DNA of 64,000 bases from Candidatus Zixiibacteriota bacterium (GTDB lineage: Bacteria > Zixibacteria > MSB-5A5 > DSPP01): NCBI GenBank assembly GCA_022614805.1, contig JAKEHY010000024.1, positions 1,844 to 65,843 of the forward strand, written 5' to 3'. Below, piece after piece: positions 28,357-36,853 of this stretch. The position numbers were made by a program, and so were the translations under genes. The notes beneath the pieces are model-generated. The model worked only from the letters and a program-made list of their open reading frames with translations, searched no databases and was not told the origin of the DNA. The number at the start of each line of letters is the position of its first letter. The stretch's first letter is position 1.

Positions 28357-28480
28357 CCCTCTCCTTACGAAGGAGAGGGAGGGCACAACAGTGTTGTGCC
28401 CCTACAAAAGAACGGAAATAAATAAGGGGCAACCATCCCTCGACTCCGCTCGGGACAGGCGGGGAGTTGCCCCTACGAGT
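28357..28480. repeat. compound hairpin element, three hairpins: CCCTCTCCTT-acg-AAGGAGAGGG; GGGCACAAC-agt-GTTGTGCCC + CTACAAAAGAAC; GGGGCAAC-32nt-GTTGCCCC + TACGAG
   Basis: Convergent intergenic region between the Gly-rich protein gene and the amidohydrolase gene. Confidence 0.55.
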
Positions 28481-29844
28481 TATTTTGTTTCTTCCCCTTC
28501 CCCGGCGCGCATCAGACCGTTGGTGGGGGCTTTCTGTTCATACTTGGCCTTGTACTTCTCGTACAACTGCGTATGGCGGGAAGTCAAATCGACTTTCTTC
28601 CCCTGAATGAATTCCAGCTCCACGTTGGAGGTGATTTCCAAGGGGTCGCCGGTGGTAACGATTAGAGTGGCATCCTTGCCGACCTCGAGAGAACCAATCC
28701 GGTCGGCCACGCCGAAAATTTCCGCCGGGAAAAGGGTGACGGTCTTCAAGGCGGCCTCTTTCGGCAGGCCATAGGCCGCCGCCATTGCGGCGTGGTAGGG
28801 CAGGTTGCGCTCGTTGGAGGCCCAGCCGCCGCCGTAAATGGCAAACTTCACCCCGGCTTCATATAGCTTTCCCGGCAAAGCATACGGCAAATCGTAATCT
28901 TCATAACGGCGGAAAGGGGTGCGCAGGGTGCCGCCGACCAGTACCGGAATGTTTTTGGCTTTCAAAAGTTCCGCCGCCCGCCAGGCATCGTAGCCGCCGC
29001 CGATGATAATTTTGATTTTTTCCTCCTCCGCCCAGGCCACGGCGGCCTGAATCTGCTGGAGATTTCCGGCCATCACCAAAACCGGCAGTTTTCCTTCAAA
29101 AACCGGAATCATCGCCTCCCAGCGCATATCGGTGGGAAGGTTTTTTCCGTTTAGAGCGGCCGCTTTTTTGGCCGTCCAGTAGGCGCGGGCATCCTTGAAG
29201 GCCTGGTGCAATTCCTTGAGGTTGCGCTCCCGGTTTTTCTTCTGCTCCTCTTCGGATTCGGTCACCCACCAGCCCCGCTGGGGAGTCATTTGCGGCCAGT
29301 TGACCAGAAGGGCCGCTGGAGCTTGGAAAGTCATCTCTTCCCAAGTCCAGCCATCCAGATTGATGACGGCGGCGGTGCCGGAGATGATGCCTCCCTCCGG
29401 AGAGGTTATAGCGGTGGTCACTCCGTTGGCCCGGGCGACCGGAATCAGCTCCGATTCCGGATTGATGGCCACCTCGGCCCGGACGTTGGGGTTGATGCGG
29501 CCTGTTTCGGTGACATCCTTGGTGGCCCGAACTTCCTCGATTTCGGTAAGCCCCAAATTGGTAAAAGCGTCGAAAAGCCCGGGATAGATGTGCTTCCCGG
29601 CGACGTCGATAACTTCCGTCCCGGCGGGCAGCGAAACGCCCCGACCGATGGCGGTGATTTTTCCCTTATCGAAAAGAATTGCCGCACCAGCGAGTTCCCC
29701 GCCAGTGACGGTATGAACGGTGCCGCCGACCAAGGCAACCGGCCGGCTTTGGGGGGGAGCGGGACGCTGGTCAAAGCCCCAAACAGATACTGCCAAAATG
29801 AACCCGAGTATCATCCCCACTCCAAATCCAAATATCTTTTTCAT
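28480..29844 (-). CDS. secreted amidohydrolase-family metal-dependent hydrolase
   Basis: RBS GGAGGAG precedes ATG 29844 (MKKIFGF...), then a signal peptide. Amidohydrolase N-terminal signature GGTVHTV..GKITAIG..IDVAGKHIYPGLFD. Start overlaps the upstream gene stop (ATGA). Confidence 0.75.
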   Translation of the reverse strand: MKKIFGFGVGMILGFILAVSVWGFDQRPAPPQSRPVALVGGTVHTVTGGELAGAAILFDKGKITAIGRGVSLPAGTEVIDVAGKHIYPGLFDAFTNLGLTEIEEVRATKDVTETGRINPNVRAEVAINPESELIPVARANGVTTAITSPEGGIISGTAAVINLDGWTWEEMTFQAPAALLVNWPQMTPQRGWWVTESEEEQKKNRERNLKELHQAFKDARAYWTAKKAAALNGKNLPTDMRWEAMIPVFEGKLPVLVMAGNLQQIQAAVAWAEEEKIKIIIGGGYDAWRAAELLKAKNIPVLVGGTLRTPFRRYEDYDLPYALPGKLYEAGVKFAIYGGGWASNERNLPYHAAMAAAYGLPKEAALKTVTLFPAEIFGVADRIGSLEVGKDATLIVTTGDPLEITSNVELEFIQGKKVDLTSRHTQLYEKYKAKYEQKAPTNGLMRAGEGEETK

Positions 29845-32800
29845 GGGTGCTCCTCCCCATCCATACAATTGTGCACTTCCTCATCTCCGGGCCGTTTCCA
29901 GCCCCCCTGTTCGCCGGAGCCCTCCTTGCCCGATTTTTTCTCCGCCAGAATTTTTTGAATCAGAACAGCCCGTTCGCGAGTGATTTCGTCTACCATCTTC
30001 TTGTCCTCTTCCCGGTCGAAATATTTCCGCCCGTCAATCCAGGTCTCTTCGCAAGATGAATAGGTGGAAAGCGGGTCGCCGCTCCAGAGGACAAAGTCGG
30101 CGTCCTTCCCCGGCTCCAGCGAGCCGACCCGATTGTCAATGCGCAACTGCTTGGCCGGGTTCAAGGTCACGAATTTAAGCGCCTCATCCGGCGGGACGCC
30201 GCCGTATTTGACCGCCTTGGCGGCTTCGAGGTTCAGCCGGCGGGCGAGCTCGTCCGAATCGGAGTTGAAGGAAACCACCACCCCGGCGTTGTGCATCAAC
30301 GTTCCGTTGTAGGGGATGGCGTCGTACACCTCGAATTTGTAGGCCCACCAGTCGGAAAAAGCGGAAGCCCCGATTCCCATTTCCGCCATCACGTCCGCCA
30401 CCTTGTACCCTTCCAGAACGTGCTGGAAAGCGCCGATGGTGAAGCCGAAATCGGAGGCAACCCGCATAAGCATCAAAATTTCATCCTGCCGGTAGGAGTG
30501 GGAATGCACGAGCCGTTTGTGCCGCAGAATTTCGGATATGGCTTCCAATTCCAAATCCCGGCGGGGGGGTAGTCTATTTTTATTTTTGGCCCAGTCGGCC
30601 CAGTCCTTCTGGTAATCCAGGCCGGCTTTGAAGGCATCCCGGATGATTTGTTCCACCCCCATCCGGGTTTGCGGGTAGCGAGTGGTGTATCGATCCCCCC
30701 AGTTGGACTGCTTGGGATTTTCGCCGAGGGCAAATTTAATGGACGGGATCGCCCCTTCGAACTTCATTTCCTCCGGGCCGGCCCCCCAGCGGAGCTTGAT
30801 AACCTGGTTTTGTCCGCCTATGGCGTTGGCCGAGCCGTGGAGGGCGTGGAGAACGGTCAAACCGCCGGCCAACTGGCGGTAGATGGAAATGTCGTCCGGG
30901 TCCAAAACGTCGCCGATGCGCACTTCCGCGGTTATGGTTTGTCCCGATTCGTTGACGTTTCCGGTAATGGCAGTATGGGAATGGCAGTCAATCAGGCCGG
31001 GGGTCAGATGCTTGCCCGCGGCGTTTATGACCACGGCGCCAGCCGGCGCGGAAAGATTTTTTCCGACGCGGACGATTTTGCCCCGGCGCACCAGAAGGTC
31101 ACCGGCCGCGACGGTGCCCTGCGGCCCGGAGGTCCAGATGGTGGCGCCCTTGACCAAAAGATTTTCCGGCTGCTCCGGCAGCTTTGTTCTTCCGAATTCG
31201 GCATATGGATAAACCGGCGGAAAGGAGGCCATCTCCGGCTTGGTTTTTTGGGAGGTATCCGGTTCTGGAGTAAAGGGAGCAATCCTTCTGCCCTTCCAAG
31301 TAAACGTTACACCATCCGCCAACTCACCGGTGCCCAAAATTTCATCGGCGGAAACGTTGCCGCCCATTCGAACCACCCCTTTGAAGCCGACCGAGTCGCC
31401 GGTAAACGAGAAAGTCAACCGCTTGCCGGAAAGGGTGACCTTGGAAAGCTTGGCTTCTTTTTTGATTTTGAAATTTCCTTCCGGCCCTTCTGCTTCCCCT
31501 TTCAAATCGAGCAGAACCGAATCCCCCGGTTTGGGGTCGGCGGATAACTTAAGCTCCCATTTGCCGCGCACGTCCACCAAGGGGTCCGGTTTGATTTCGT
31601 AGCGCCGGCCATCCACCCAGGTCTCTTTTATTTTGGTCTTTTCGGCAAACAAATCCCCGTCGGTTACGACCAGATTGGCGATTTTACCGGCGGACAAACT
31701 CCCCAGCTTGTCTTCCACACCGAACAACCGGGCCGGGGTGGCGGTCAAGGCGGCCAGGGCCTCCTCTTTGGACAGCCCCCGTTCGACCGCCTTTCGCACG
31801 TTCTTCAAAAAATTAGCGGGGTCTTTTAACGTTGCCGATGTGAAAGCGAATGGAATTTTCGCCTCCGCCAGCCGCTTGGGAGCCTCCCGCGCTTCGTCCC
31901 AGAGGCGCAGCTCCCGTAAGGTCACCTCCACCGCCTCGTCCGGATTTTCAACCGAGGGGGGGTCGGGGAAGTTGACCGGCAGAATCACCGGCAGGCCGGT
32001 GGCCCGGACGGCATCCAAGCGGAGATGCTCCGAACCGCTGCCGCGAATGATTAAGGGCAACGTAAACTCCAGACCGATTTTGGCGGCCCGCAGGAAATCC
32101 AGTTCATCCCCCGCTTCGATGACGTAGGCGCCGACGGGCTGGTTTAAAGCCTCCAGAGCCTCATTGACTTCCGGCCGTTCCAGTCTCGGATTGCGGCTCC
32201 AAGCCGCCTGCGCCTTTTGGTACCAGTCGGCATCCAAAAGGGTCTGGCGGACCAAGGCGATGGCTCCCATCAACGAATTGGGATAATCATCCCCCATTGA
32301 GTTGGTCTGCAAGGAGATATGCTGGGCTACGGCTGGTTTGACGATTAAATCGTTCGGCTTCCCTTCTCCCAGGTTGATTAAAGACGAGGTTCCCTTGAAA
32401 ATCCCTTTGGCCGGCACGGAAAGAACGGCTGTGATTCCCTGTTCCCGCAGTTTTTCCGCCGCTTCGCCGTCCGGAGAGAACAATTTATCCGCTTTCTGAT
32501 GAGATAGAACGTTGGGGTTCCAGTAGCGGGGCCCGCGTGGCTCTTCTTGAGGCTGCGGTTGCCCCTGCCGTCCCGGCCCTGGGCCGCCGGCGCTTCGCTT
32601 GGGTGGTTTGGGCAACCCCCAGTCGGTGTAGGAATCGATGAGCCCGGGATAAATGGTTTTGCCGGACATATCCAGGACAGTCGCATCAGCGGGAACGGCC
32701 GCATTGGCGCCAACCACCTCAATGATACCTTCGCGGATGACCACCGTCCCTTTTTCAATAGTCCGGCCTGGCGACAAGACTAGCCGGGCATTGGTCAAAG

Positions 32801-32936
32801 CAAAAACCTGCGGGGTGTTTTCCCGCAGCCCTTCCGGCGGGGTGGTTTTTGGTTCCGCCCGGAGGGACGAAAAAACGCATAAAAGAAAAACAAAAAAGCT
32901 CCCCCAAACGCTGCGCACCATAACGGCTCCTTTCAT
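29841..32936 (-). CDS. secreted tandem-domain amidohydrolase (two amidohydrolase modules in one polypeptide)
   Basis: Start chosen at MKGAVMVRSVW (ATG 32936; the ORF is open further to 33113). Signal peptide. Module 1: IREGIIEVVG..GKTIYPGLIDSYTD. Module 2: GKIVRVGK..AAGKHLTPGLIDCHSHTAITG with the HxH metal motif. Confidence 0.75.
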   Translation of the reverse strand: MKGAVMVRSVWGSFFVFLLCVFSSLRAEPKTTPPEGLRENTPQVFALTNARLVLSPGRTIEKGTVVIREGIIEVVGANAAVPADATVLDMSGKTIYPGLIDSYTDWGLPKPPKRSAGGPGPGRQGQPQPQEEPRGPRYWNPNVLSHQKADKLFSPDGEAAEKLREQGITAVLSVPAKGIFKGTSSLINLGEGKPNDLIVKPAVAQHISLQTNSMGDDYPNSLMGAIALVRQTLLDADWYQKAQAAWSRNPRLERPEVNEALEALNQPVGAYVIEAGDELDFLRAAKIGLEFTLPLIIRGSGSEHLRLDAVRATGLPVILPVNFPDPPSVENPDEAVEVTLRELRLWDEAREAPKRLAEAKIPFAFTSATLKDPANFLKNVRKAVERGLSKEEALAALTATPARLFGVEDKLGSLSAGKIANLVVTDGDLFAEKTKIKETWVDGRRYEIKPDPLVDVRGKWELKLSADPKPGDSVLLDLKGEAEGPEGNFKIKKEAKLSKVTLSGKRLTFSFTGDSVGFKGVVRMGGNVSADEILGTGELADGVTFTWKGRRIAPFTPEPDTSQKTKPEMASFPPVYPYAEFGRTKLPEQPENLLVKGATIWTSGPQGTVAAGDLLVRRGKIVRVGKNLSAPAGAVVINAAGKHLTPGLIDCHSHTAITGNVNESGQTITAEVRIGDVLDPDDISIYRQLAGGLTVLHALHGSANAIGGQNQVIKLRWGAGPEEMKFEGAIPSIKFALGENPKQSNWGDRYTTRYPQTRMGVEQIIRDAFKAGLDYQKDWADWAKNKNRLPPRRDLELEAISEILRHKRLVHSHSYRQDEILMLMRVASDFGFTIGAFQHVLEGYKVADVMAEMGIGASAFSDWWAYKFEVYDAIPYNGTLMHNAGVVVSFNSDSDELARRLNLEAAKAVKYGGVPPDEALKFVTLNPAKQLRIDNRVGSLEPGKDADFVLWSGDPLSTYSSCEETWIDGRKYFDREEDKKMVDEITRERAVLIQKILAEKKSGKEGSGEQGGWKRPGDEEVHNCMDGEEHP

Positions 32937-33374
32937 ATCCTTATGAGACGAAAACTGTCTGCGGCAAGTTACGCATTTTTTCACCGTCTGCGTGACGGAG
33001 ACACGTTTCACAACCAACTGAACTCCAACCCCGTTTTTTCGTACCCGCTTCCACCCCGAAACATCGGAGTGAAAACGGAAATTACGGGTTTCTCTCCTTT
33101 TTATCAACAACAAATTTCCTCAAGATAATTTCCCATAAATAAGGGCTTGGGTCTTGCCGTCAAACGGCGGAAAGGTTTATATTCTTTTTTATGTTGTCAT
33201 TTTATCTTAGAGCAGGGGTCAATATCATATATTTATGGAAGTTATCACAGACCGTTCGCAGCCGAATTGGTCAACATTGATGTTATAATACAAGCCATTT
33301 ATTACCAATAGGATATGCATTTATGAAAAATTTTCTTGCTTTTTATGAAACTTATTTTATATTCAAGCGTATTA

Positions 33375-33395
33375 ACTGACTGACGGTCAGTCAGT
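33375..33395. promoter_or_regulatory. perfect 10-1-10 palindrome ACTGACTGAC-G-GTCAGTCAGT, candidate TetR operator
   Basis: Lies 35 bp upstream of the tetR start, in the AT-rich divergent region between the amidohydrolase and tetR-efflux operons. Confidence 0.6.
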
Positions 33396-33429
33396 CGTTA
33401 AAGAGGGCCGCCAACCAAGGGAGAACAAA

Positions 33430-34113
33430 ATGGGTACAGCCGAACGAAAAGAAAGAGAAAAGTTACACCGAAAAGAGGAAATTATAGACGCCGCCGAAAA
33501 GGTGTTTTTTGACAAGGGGCTGGCAATGGCTACGATGGATGAAATCGCCGAACGGGCCGAGTTGTCCAAAGGAACGCTTTACCTCTACTATAAAAGCAAG
33601 GAAGATTTGTACATGGCCGTCATCTGCCGCGGCCATCAGATACTTTTGAAAATGTTCCAGCAAGCCGCCGCCACGGGCGAGCCGACCATCAAGCTTTTGC
33701 AAAACATCGGCGAGGCCTACTTTGCCTTCTATAAACGGCACCACGATTATTTTCGGATGTTTTCCTTTTCCGAAAACAGCCAATTGCAGTCCCAGGTTTC
33801 GGAGGAGATGCGAATGACCTGCGCGGAATCGGGGCAGTGCATCGGCGGGGTGGTTCAGGCCGTGATTCAACAGGGCAAGGAGGACGGCACGTACCGGCCG
33901 GAGGTGAGTCCTTTGGAAATGTCCTTCGTGCTCTGGGCCCACTGCCGGGGGGTGATGGAGTTAATCGACCACATTAAGAGCGTCCCGTCGGATGGGATAA
34001 AGCGGGCGTGCAGCGAAGTCGACTTTGACAAACTGTACCGGAAATCGACCGCCATGCTGGTCTATGCCATGCTGACCGAAGAGGCGCGAAAAAATTTCAA
34101 GCTGGAACTGTAA
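33430..34113 (+). CDS. TetR/AcrR family transcriptional regulator
   Basis: 227 aa. N-terminal TetR HTH: IIDAAEKVFFDKGLAMATMDEIAERAELSKGTLYLYYKSKEDLY. Confidence 0.88.
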   Translation: MGTAERKEREKLHRKEEIIDAAEKVFFDKGLAMATMDEIAERAELSKGTLYLYYKSKEDLYMAVICRGHQILLKMFQQAAATGEPTIKLLQNIGEAYFAFYKRHHDYFRMFSFSENSQLQSQVSEEMRMTCAESGQCIGGVVQAVIQQGKEDGTYRPEVSPLEMSFVLWAHCRGVMELIDHIKSVPSDGIKRACSEVDFDKLYRKSTAMLVYAMLTEEARKNFKLEL

Positions 34114-34141
34114 AACCGGGGACAATAAATCGTCATATGGG

Positions 34142-35722
34142 ATGGGGCAAAAGGAGCAGGTCTTGGTAAAGGGAAATATTTTATTGCGTAGGGCAGGGGT
34201 TTTAAGCGTGGTTCTTCTATTAAAAATCGGGACCGCTGCGTCCGCGCAGGAGCTTTTGGAAAACGATCCGGACAGCGCTTTGGCTTTAACTCTCTCGCAG
34301 TTTGAGGGAAGCTTTATCACCCTACAAGATGCCAAAAGCGAAGCCATGAAATATGCCACCTCGGTGCAGGAGGCCAAAGCGGCTCTGAAAGCCGCCGCCG
34401 GCGCTCATCGGAAAGAAAAAGGGGCCTTCGACCCGGAACTTTTCGCCGAAGGAGAAAAATCGAAAGTCCGCCAGCCGACCGCCTCTCGCTTCGCCGGCGC
34501 CACCGTTTTGGAAAATGAACAGGTCACCGGCTCGGCGGGCTTGCGTCTGAAATCGCCCATCGGAACTAAACTCGAGGTGTCATTGAATACCGCCAAGATA
34601 GAAACCAATGATACTTTTGCTGTGTTAAACCCGCGACATAACAATTTCGGCAAAGTGGAAATCAGCCAGCCGCTCCTCTCCGGTTTCGGCCCGGGGGCGG
34701 CGGCCGACTTGAGCTCCGCCCGCCGGGAATTGGAAGCGGCCCGCGCCCGCTACGCCGATGCCGTATTGTCCCTTAATGCGGAAGTGGAGCAAACCTACTG
34801 GGATTTGTACGCCGCCGAGCGGGATTTGGCGGTGCAGATTTTGATACGGGACCGGGCCGCCGCTTTTTTGAGGGAAACCGAACTGAAGGCCGCCGTCGGG
34901 CGCGTCGGCCCGAACCAGGTCGCGAACGCCCGGGTCTTTTTGGCCGAGCAGGAGCAGGCGGTTCTGGATAGAGAAGAAAGCTTGGACAAAATTTCCGACG
35001 AGCTGGCAACCCTTTTGGGCCGGCGGGCCGCTTCGATGCGCTACCGCCCCTCCGACCAGCCGCCGTCCGATTTTCCGGTGGAAGACCCGGACAGTTTGGT
35101 GGAAAGAGCAGTGGAAGAGAACCGCAACCTAAAAGTGGCCGAAAAAAACTGGGCCGCCGCCCGCGCGCTGGCCAAGGGGGCGGGTTGGAATGCCCTGCCT
35201 AAACTGGATCTGTATGGTATCTTGGGAGCCCCCGGCCTTTCCGGCAGCGATAGCTTGGGCGGTCCTTTTAACGGTAATGCCGACCGGGCCTGGACGCAGG
35301 TTTTTCAACGGGATTATCCAACTTGGAACGTCGGTTTTCGCTTCTCGCTTCCCATCGGTCTTCGTTCCGGATTGGGTGAACGCCAGCGCTTGAGAGGAGA
35401 AGCGGAGCAGGCTTACCTGCGTTACGTCGCCGCCCGGCGGAGCTTGGAGGAAAATGTGCGCGCCAGCCACCGGGAACTGTTGCACGCCAAAAAACGGCTG
35501 GAGGCGGCCCGAAGCGGCGTGGAGGCCTCCGCCGAGCAAGTGCGGATAGGAATGTTGGAATATCAGGTCGGCCGAACGACTGCTTTTGAACTCGTCCGTC
35601 TCTCCGCCGATTTGGCCACGGCTCAGCAGCGATACAGTCAGGCTTTGGTTCGCGCGGCCAAGGCGGCGGCGGAATTGAAAAAGCTTACAACAAGCGAAAT
35701 TGAAACTCGAAACCAAAATTAA
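34142..35722 (+). CDS. TolC-like outer membrane efflux protein
   Basis: 526 aa with signal peptide. Two-repeat OEP architecture with long coiled-coil-prone segments. Confidence 0.8.
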   Translation: MGQKEQVLVKGNILLRRAGVLSVVLLLKIGTAASAQELLENDPDSALALTLSQFEGSFITLQDAKSEAMKYATSVQEAKAALKAAAGAHRKEKGAFDPELFAEGEKSKVRQPTASRFAGATVLENEQVTGSAGLRLKSPIGTKLEVSLNTAKIETNDTFAVLNPRHNNFGKVEISQPLLSGFGPGAAADLSSARRELEAARARYADAVLSLNAEVEQTYWDLYAAERDLAVQILIRDRAAAFLRETELKAAVGRVGPNQVANARVFLAEQEQAVLDREESLDKISDELATLLGRRAASMRYRPSDQPPSDFPVEDPDSLVERAVEENRNLKVAEKNWAAARALAKGAGWNALPKLDLYGILGAPGLSGSDSLGGPFNGNADRAWTQVFQRDYPTWNVGFRFSLPIGLRSGLGERQRLRGEAEQAYLRYVAARRSLEENVRASHRELLHAKKRLEAARSGVEASAEQVRIGMLEYQVGRTTAFELVRLSADLATAQQRYSQALVRAAKAAAELKKLTTSEIETRNQN

Positions 35723-35731
35723 GAGGGCCAA

Positions 35732-36853
35732 ATGAAAACGAACAATCGTTGGGGAGTGGACGTGGGCTGGGTGATCGCTTTGGTTTTGATACTCCTGCTT
35801 GTGGCCGGTTGCGCCAAAAACTCCGGCGGCGGTTTCGCCCCGCCCCCGATGCCGGTGGAAGTCGCCACCGTGACCTCCGGGACGGTGGCCGACAAATTCG
35901 AAGCAGTCGGCACGTTGGAAGCGCTTGAAGCCATCACGGTGGTCTCCCAAATCGATGCTCTGGCTATGCAGGTTCCCTTCGAAGAGGGACGCTACATTGA
36001 AAAGGGGCAGCTAATCGCCCGGCTGGACGACGAGCAGTTGAAGGCCGAGGAAGCCCGGGCCGAGGCCCTGCGCGACCAAAGGAAAATCAGCTACGACCGG
36101 GTGAAATCGATCGTGGAGCAGAAAGCCGGCGCGCCGCAGGATTTGGACGACGCCGCCGCAGCCCTGAAAATGGCGGAGGCGGAGCTGGCTTTAATCCGCG
36201 CCCGGCTGGCCAAGACCAAAATCACCGCCCCCTTTTCCGGGCTGGTGGGGGCACGAAGGGTTTCCCCGGGGGCTTTTGTGCGCACCGGCGAGGCGATTAC
36301 CGAGCTGGCCCAGATTGACGAACTGCGAATTATTTTTTACGCTCCGGAACGCTATCTGGCCGACTTGAAAGCCGGCGCTTCCGTGGTGGTCTCCACCCCC
36401 GCTTTTCCCGGCTATTCCCTCAAGGGGAGAGTGAGCGTGGTGGAGCCGGTGGTCAACCCGGAAACCCGCTCGGTCAAAATTTTGGCCCGGGTGGCCAATC
36501 CGGCCCGGAAGTTCCGCCCCGGAATGTCGGCCAACGTCTCGGCCGTTTTGAGCGAGCGAAAAAACGCTTTGCTCGTGCCGGACGAAGCGATTTTCGCCGA
36601 GGGAAACAAAAATTTGGTTTACGTCATTCAGCCGGACAGCTCGGTGGCCCCTACTCCGGTCATTTTGGGAACCCGGCTGCCGGACGCGGTGGAAGTGTTG
36701 AGCGGGCTTTCGGCCGGAGCTCAAGTCGTTAAAGCCGGACACCAGAAACTTTTTCCGGGGGCTAAGGTTTTCCCCGTGCCTGATTCAGGCGCGCCCCCGC
36801 CGGGCCGTTCAGGCTCTGACGAGCTTTCAGGCTTGAAGAGAGGCAAATCATGA
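35732..36853 (+). CDS. RND efflux periplasmic adaptor (membrane fusion protein)
   Basis: 373 aa. N-terminal anchor/lipobox-like LVAGCAK, coiled-coil hairpin, beta-barrel and lipoyl-like segments. Overlaps the RND pump start by 4 nt. Confidence 0.85.
   Translation: MKTNNRWGVDVGWVIALVLILLLVAGCAKNSGGGFAPPPMPVEVATVTSGTVADKFEAVGTLEALEAITVVSQIDALAMQVPFEEGRYIEKGQLIARLDDEQLKAEEARAEALRDQRKISYDRVKSIVEQKAGAPQDLDDAAAALKMAEAELALIRARLAKTKITAPFSGLVGARRVSPGAFVRTGEAITELAQIDELRIIFYAPERYLADLKAGASVVVSTPAFPGYSLKGRVSVVEPVVNPETRSVKILARVANPARKFRPGMSANVSAVLSERKNALLVPDEAIFAEGNKNLVYVIQPDSSVAPTPVILGTRLPDAVEVLSGLSAGAQVVKAGHQKLFPGAKVFPVPDSGAPPPGRSGSDELSGLKRGKS

Noticed and set aside
29841-33113. ORF-track start at 33113 for the large amidohydrolase (1090 aa).
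   Set aside because: The first 59 codons are basic and low-complexity and precede an obvious signal peptide that begins at MKGAVMVRSVW (ATG 32936) with an adjacent AAAGGAG RBS. The shorter start was adopted.
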